Below the pieces are notes generated by a model, which was not told the DNA's origin, did no database searches, and saw only the letters and a list, made by a program, of their open reading frames with translations. From IMG/VR virus record IMGVR_UViG_3300034106_006471, positions 1-64,000 of that record: a stretch of 64,000 nucleotides of DNA; one strand, written 5' to 3'. Of the stretch, positions 59,683 to 64,000 are shown one piece after another. Position 1 is the stretch's first letter, and every line of letters starts with the position of its first letter. Source of the DNA: a virus. The translations under genes were made by a program, and so were the position numbers.

Positions 59683-60427
59683 ATGGCTGTAAATTAATAT
59701 CCTTCATTATTTTTATTCCATTTAGTATATTATTAGATACTACGCTAGTTAAATACTTATATAATCCACAATTAAGACATAAGCCATGTAAACTATCGTC
59801 ATTTATAAATCCTAAATTTGTAGACTGCTGAATGATAATTTTTTGATGCAGATAGTCTGTGATGTTTGTTAAATTTAGTGTTGGGTTATTATTTTGTCTT
59901 TTAGATCCATCATAAAATAAAACGCACCATGAATCACAAGTAGATAAATTAGTATCTAAAATAATATTTATACAGTCGTTAAAAGATATAGAGTTAATAT
60001 ATACATGTATAGTCCATTTTTCGCACGAAATATTTTTTCTTAATAATTGATAAAAGTTTTCTGATCTGTTGGGATCTATGATAATTGAGAGTTTTTTGGG
60101 CTTGATGTTAGAATTGTTAATATCGTCTATGATGGATGGAAGTTCGGAATCTTTGGCTTCTCTAGCGTCAATTAGCAAATAGTATTTTAGATTAGCTTTC
60201 TTTCTAACTAGTTCTGATATCTCTATAGATTCTAAATCTTGAATATTAGCATTATATTGATTTTTACTGAATCCATATAAACAATTGTAATTATTAATTA
60301 TGTTATAGTTATTATTAACAATTATTTCCTTATGTTGTTTTATTTGATTAGGAATATCAAAATAACAATTTGGTTCTTCTGATACTGGTTGACTGAAAAT
60401 ACATTTATTGCAGTTAGTCTGTGTCAT
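59669..60427 (-). CDS. Hypothetical protein with N-terminal CxxC
   Basis: 252-aa ORF coupled within the operon. TNCNKCIF start. Confidence 0.5.
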   Translation of the reverse strand: MTQTNCNKCIFSQPVSEEPNCYFDIPNQIKQHKEIIVNNNYNIINNYNCLYGFSKNQYNANIQDLESIEISELVRKKANLKYYLLIDAREAKDSELPSIIDDINNSNIKPKKLSIIIDPNRSENFYQLLRKNISCEKWTIHVYINSISFNDCINIILDTNLSTCDSWCVLFYDGSKRQNNNPTLNLTNITDYLHQKIIIQQSTNLGFINDDSLHGLCLNCGLYKYLTSVVSNNILNGIKIMKDINLQPYEIY

Positions 60428-60428
60428 A

Positions 60429-60845
60429 TTATTTATTTTTAGTTATTGTAATAAAATGTATATATTCTTGATCATAATTAATATCAATTACATCTATGTG
60501 ATTATTTTTATCTATATATTCCAAAATATCATCAAGCCCAATATGATTATGAATATTTTTTATATAATCAAAAAAATCTTTATTATTGATCTTTTTAGAT
60601 AAGAAGTCTGAACATATTTTATTTAAACTCGCTACCCCAATAATAAGTTGTCCGTTCGGTCTAATTTTATCTATTAAGAGATCCAAGGCTTTTTCAGCAT
60701 CGTGCTCCTCAAATATATTAAAATATTTACATACTAATAGTTCGCACGAATATGGGAAAATATTATTTATATTTTGTATGTTGATATTTTCTAAAGAATC
60801 TATTTTTTGTAAATCGCTACTAATTAAATTAATTTTTTGATTCAT
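60429..60845 (-). CDS. Degenerate class I methyltransferase-like protein
   Basis: SCELLVCKYFNIF...ALDLLIDKIRPNGQLII resembles the post-motif-II l..LkPgG.l segment. No glycine-rich SAM loop is seen. Confidence 0.45.
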   Translation of the reverse strand: MNQKINLISSDLQKIDSLENINIQNINNIFPYSCELLVCKYFNIFEEHDAEKALDLLIDKIRPNGQLIIGVASLNKICSDFLSKKINNKDFFDYIKNIHNHIGLDDILEYIDKNNHIDVIDINYDQEYIHFITITKNK

Positions 60846-60854
60846 ATTATCTTT

Positions 60855-61703
60855 CTATTTTAGTATTTCGTCTATGATTTGCTTTATAGAATTATTAAAT
60901 TTATCAAATGGATATTTATTAGTAATAGAATCATGGTTAGCTATGAATGTTTCTTTAGTTAGATTTGGTACTATACTATCCAGTAACCCTAACAACTCCG
61001 TACTACTACTTACGACATAGTGATTAGCAATATCAGCTTGGTGTTTGGATGATATTGTTATGCATCCTTTTGATGCTGCTAACAATGTATTATATTCAGA
61101 ATAAAAGTTAATACATATCTTATAATTGATTAATTGATTAGTAATATAATTATTATTATTTTTAGCTACTAATATATCGGCATCTGGATATTTTTGTTTT
61201 ATCTGAGAGAAAATAATATTATCAAAATTCTTTTCTTCTGCAATAAATAAAATAGATTTATTTTTATTAGTTATAGTATCAGAATTAATTTGTTTAAAAC
61301 CATAAGATATATCATAAATATTTGAGATTATATTTTTTAGCGATGGAATAAAACTATATTTTTTGTAATTTTTAATTTTGGTATTGAATAAATAGAGGTC
61401 CTCTTTTTTCATAGTTACTATAGATTCATCATGAAAAAATAACACCTTTGGAATATAATGCAAAAATTTATTTTGTATTTGGGAATATTCTACTGGATTA
61501 TTAATAAAATATAAATTCGGATAAATAGGAACATCATCACCTATGCTATCAGATATAAAATTAAATAAATTATCGGTAATACTATTCAACGAATCAGTGT
61601 ACCAATCTCCAGATTGGGTATAGTAAATATTAATAGGAGCAAGGCTATTCTTATATAATAAGTCTCTATACAATCTTGAGATTTGCTTATTCTTTATTTG
61701 CAT
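60855..61703 (-). CDS. Divergent glycosyltransferase-like protein
   Basis: YKICINF...TLLAASKGCITIS...KYPFDKF matches GT-B C-terminal architecture weakly. Confidence 0.45.
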   Translation of the reverse strand: MQIKNKQISRLYRDLLYKNSLAPINIYYTQSGDWYTDSLNSITDNLFNFISDSIGDDVPIYPNLYFINNPVEYSQIQNKFLHYIPKVLFFHDESIVTMKKEDLYLFNTKIKNYKKYSFIPSLKNIISNIYDISYGFKQINSDTITNKNKSILFIAEEKNFDNIIFSQIKQKYPDADILVAKNNNNYITNQLINYKICINFYSEYNTLLAASKGCITISSKHQADIANHYVVSSSTELLGLLDSIVPNLTKETFIANHDSITNKYPFDKFNNSIKQIIDEILK

Positions 61704-62695
61704 AATAAACTATCTAATGTTGGAGTATTGTCATTATTGCGAATTGGTCTAGTATTAATACTACTGCTCATTTTTTCTGATAAATCAGATATATTTATTC
61801 CAGAATATATATTGTCTATATCCCAGATGTTATCTTCTACATTAAGATCTTGATTGATATCCATATTATCATTAGATATAATGCTATTATTATATAATTT
61901 TGGAAGATCAGAATTTAGGCCATAATTGGTAAATCTTCTAAAATCTAGACAACAATCAAATGCTTCGTGAACACCAAGAATCTCAGACTCGAAACAATTA
62001 ATAACCAAAGGCTTTATATAATTATTCATATAATATAATTTAGTACTTTGTTGTAGCAAACTTATGTGTTTATTGATTTCCTGTACTATGTTTTTATCAT
62101 AACAAACCATAAAAAGCATTGATAAATTAATTTTCTTTTTTAACAGAATAAATGCTGAGATGTACCTCTTAATATCCTGTATATTTTCTTTGCTAATAAA
62201 TGTATAAAATTTATATTTTTTATTTTTTATTAACTTCTCCGGTTTGGTTGCATCTGTTATAGTTTCAGAATATCTAAAAGATTTAATGTTTTTACTATTT
62301 AAGTTTGTATTATTTTTAATAAAAGTGCTATCGTACTGACTGTCAAATAAAATCATATTAAAAGTTTTAAGCACTCTACTGTATGTAGTATTCATATAAT
62401 TATTTTTTATATATGGAATAATTGGAATACAATAGTTTTTATTAGATACTAAGTTAAAAGGTATGATATAATCGATAGGGGCGTATTGAACAATAAAATC
62501 ATATTTTTTTCTTAAAAAGATTTTTTGTTCTAGATCTAATAATTCTTGATCAATTTCGGGTATTGTGACATTATCAGATAAAAAAATAGGTCTAATAGTC
62601 AAAGAGCATTTATTTCTAAGAGAATAAATATGATTCCTAGAAGATAAACCCAGAATAGATTTTTCTCGATACGGACCTATATATAAAGCATTCAT
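61694..62695 (-). CDS. Divergent GT4-like glycosyltransferase
   Basis: MNALYIGPYRE..LG..SRNHIYSL, YKFYTF, ILGVHEAFDCCLDF resemble phage GT4 proteins. The catalytic EG.GLP motif is degenerate. Confidence 0.5.
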   Translation of the reverse strand: MNALYIGPYREKSILGLSSRNHIYSLRNKCSLTIRPIFLSDNVTIPEIDQELLDLEQKIFLRKKYDFIVQYAPIDYIIPFNLVSNKNYCIPIIPYIKNNYMNTTYSRVLKTFNMILFDSQYDSTFIKNNTNLNSKNIKSFRYSETITDATKPEKLIKNKKYKFYTFISKENIQDIKRYISAFILLKKKINLSMLFMVCYDKNIVQEINKHISLLQQSTKLYYMNNYIKPLVINCFESEILGVHEAFDCCLDFRRFTNYGLNSDLPKLYNNSIISNDNMDINQDLNVEDNIWDIDNIYSGINISDLSEKMSSSINTRPIRNNDNTPTLDSLLCK

Positions 62696-63999
62696 AAGCT
62701 GGCCTTTAATTTGGCATATTGAATAAAGTCATCATCAAATGAGATATTATTAGCTCTGACATATTCTATTTGATTATGATTATTAATCATGGTATTTAGA
62801 TTTCTAATTAATTCTGAATCTCCGAATGCATCAAAAGATGTTCCAGATTGCGTAAATCCATAGCTGGTATCTCTACACATATCTAAAAATGGTAGTGATT
62901 TTATCAAATCAATATTATTCATATGATTGCCGCAAATATTGATCATTTCATTAATAACATACTTTGGATTGTCTATCTTTTTATCATAGGAGCGCATTAA
63001 ATTTGGAGCATCATTCCAAGACTTTTTGGAGGTAAATAGCCAAGGAGAGGAGTCGAAGAAATTTTCCCATTTATCTGCTATTTTATCCCAAGAATAATGT
63101 AATTCTGTTAAGTATCTTATTCTTTTAGATTTGTTTAATTTTTCAATTTCTGGAAGATGGATATGGTTATGAATTATATCTACTAAACTAGTATTGCTTG
63201 GATAAACTCTAATAGCTTTAGTCTCTAATTCTTTAAAGTACGATCCTATTTCAATAGGATATGCTTCTAGTTTATTAATAATATCAACCATAGCACTATA
63301 ATTAACTGTTGCTACGGGAATTCCACAAGCCCCGGCTTCTATTTGCGGTAATCCAAACCCCTCGCATATAGAATACTGAACATATAAATCAAATAAGTTA
63401 TATATATCTGATAAAGCTTCATTTGAAACACCAGCAGAAACGCTGATAAATCTACTAGAAAAACCAAAACACTTATTACATATCTTATTAGGACCAGTAT
63501 AAAAACATGTTGATACATTATCGCATTTATTACACTTATATGTAAAGAGCGTCCTATTGCTCATTCTTGTTTCTTTTAGTAGTTCTGGTATGTCCCATCC
63601 AGCATCCGGGTAGCTGGTATGCAGATATAAATATATCTTATTCGCAAGAGGAGACTCTTCTTCATAAAGTCTATCTATAAGTTGTCTTACAGATGAAAGT
63701 AGTTCCGGTATTAACTTGCGCTTTTGATTACGCATAACAGAACCTATAATTATTGCATCGTTTGGTATATTGTATTTATTCCTTAATTCTTTTTTATTCT
63801 TAGGAATAAAAGTATTTAAATCAACACCTGGAGAAACAGTATCAATGTAATTAATCTGATTGTCGCTTTGTTTTTTCAGAACATCTGCCGCCCAATCAGA
63901 ATACGTAAAAATAGCATCAGCACCTATAAAGGTTTCTATCCACTGTTCTTGCTGAGGGGCCGAGTCTACTGTAGGCATTAAAACCCAATTAAAAAATGG
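62692..63999 (-). CDS. GT4 (GT-B) glycosyltransferase, 5'-partial
   Basis: PGVDLNTF, GSVMRNQKRK, YNLFDLYVQYSICEGFGLPQIEAGACGIP, YSWDKIA. The frame stays open to the window edge (PFFNWVLMPTVD...). Confidence 0.9.
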   Translation of the reverse strand, partial: PFFNWVLMPTVDSAPQQEQWIETFIGADAIFTYSDWAADVLKKQSDNQINYIDTVSPGVDLNTFIPKNKKELRNKYNIPNDAIIIGSVMRNQKRKLIPELLSSVRQLIDRLYEEESPLANKIYLYLHTSYPDAGWDIPELLKETRMSNRTLFTYKCNKCDNVSTCFYTGPNKICNKCFGFSSRFISVSAGVSNEALSDIYNLFDLYVQYSICEGFGLPQIEAGACGIPVATVNYSAMVDIINKLEAYPIEIGSYFKELETKAIRVYPSNTSLVDIIHNHIHLPEIEKLNKSKRIRYLTELHYSWDKIADKWENFFDSSPWLFTSKKSWNDAPNLMRSYDKKIDNPKYVINEMINICGNHMNNIDLIKSLPFLDMCRDTSYGFTQSGTSFDAFGDSELIRNLNTMINNHNQIEYVRANNISFDDDFIQYAKLKASL

Positions 64000-64000
64000 T

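Overview
An AT-rich, gene-dense segment of a large tailed dsDNA phage genome in the standard genetic code. I see no rRNA, tRNA, CRISPR array, integrase or reverse transcriptase. Positions 1-55996 are a + strand virion morphogenesis region: a tail fibre, a tandemly duplicated Gly/Asn-rich fibre cassette, probable neck/tail-completion genes, a probable major tail protein, two paralogous chaperone-like genes, a ~4470-aa tape measure protein (TMP) and very large tail-tip/adhesin proteins. No sheath gene is recognisable, which suggests a siphovirus-like tail. Positions 55997-64000 are a convergent - strand operon: Zn-ribbon protein, Rad52/Sak-like annealing protein, Vsr-like endonuclease, nucleotidyltransferase and a run of glycosyltransferase-like genes. 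The most notable observations are: (1) the TMP looks like a polyprotein in which recurring xxGG/VPAML-PGE motifs delimit cargo modules, two PD-(D/E)xK-like and one GNAT-like; (2) four FGE-sulfatase/C-type-lectin-fold domains in three tail proteins are all circularly permuted; (3) a tail protein carries a segment resembling the AcrB/RND DN docking subdomain; (4) the chaperone pair appears to arise from gene duplication rather than frameshifting; (5) mucin-like Thr/Pro linkers co-occur with a glycosyltransferase cluster. All domain calls are by-eye motif recognition, not database searches.
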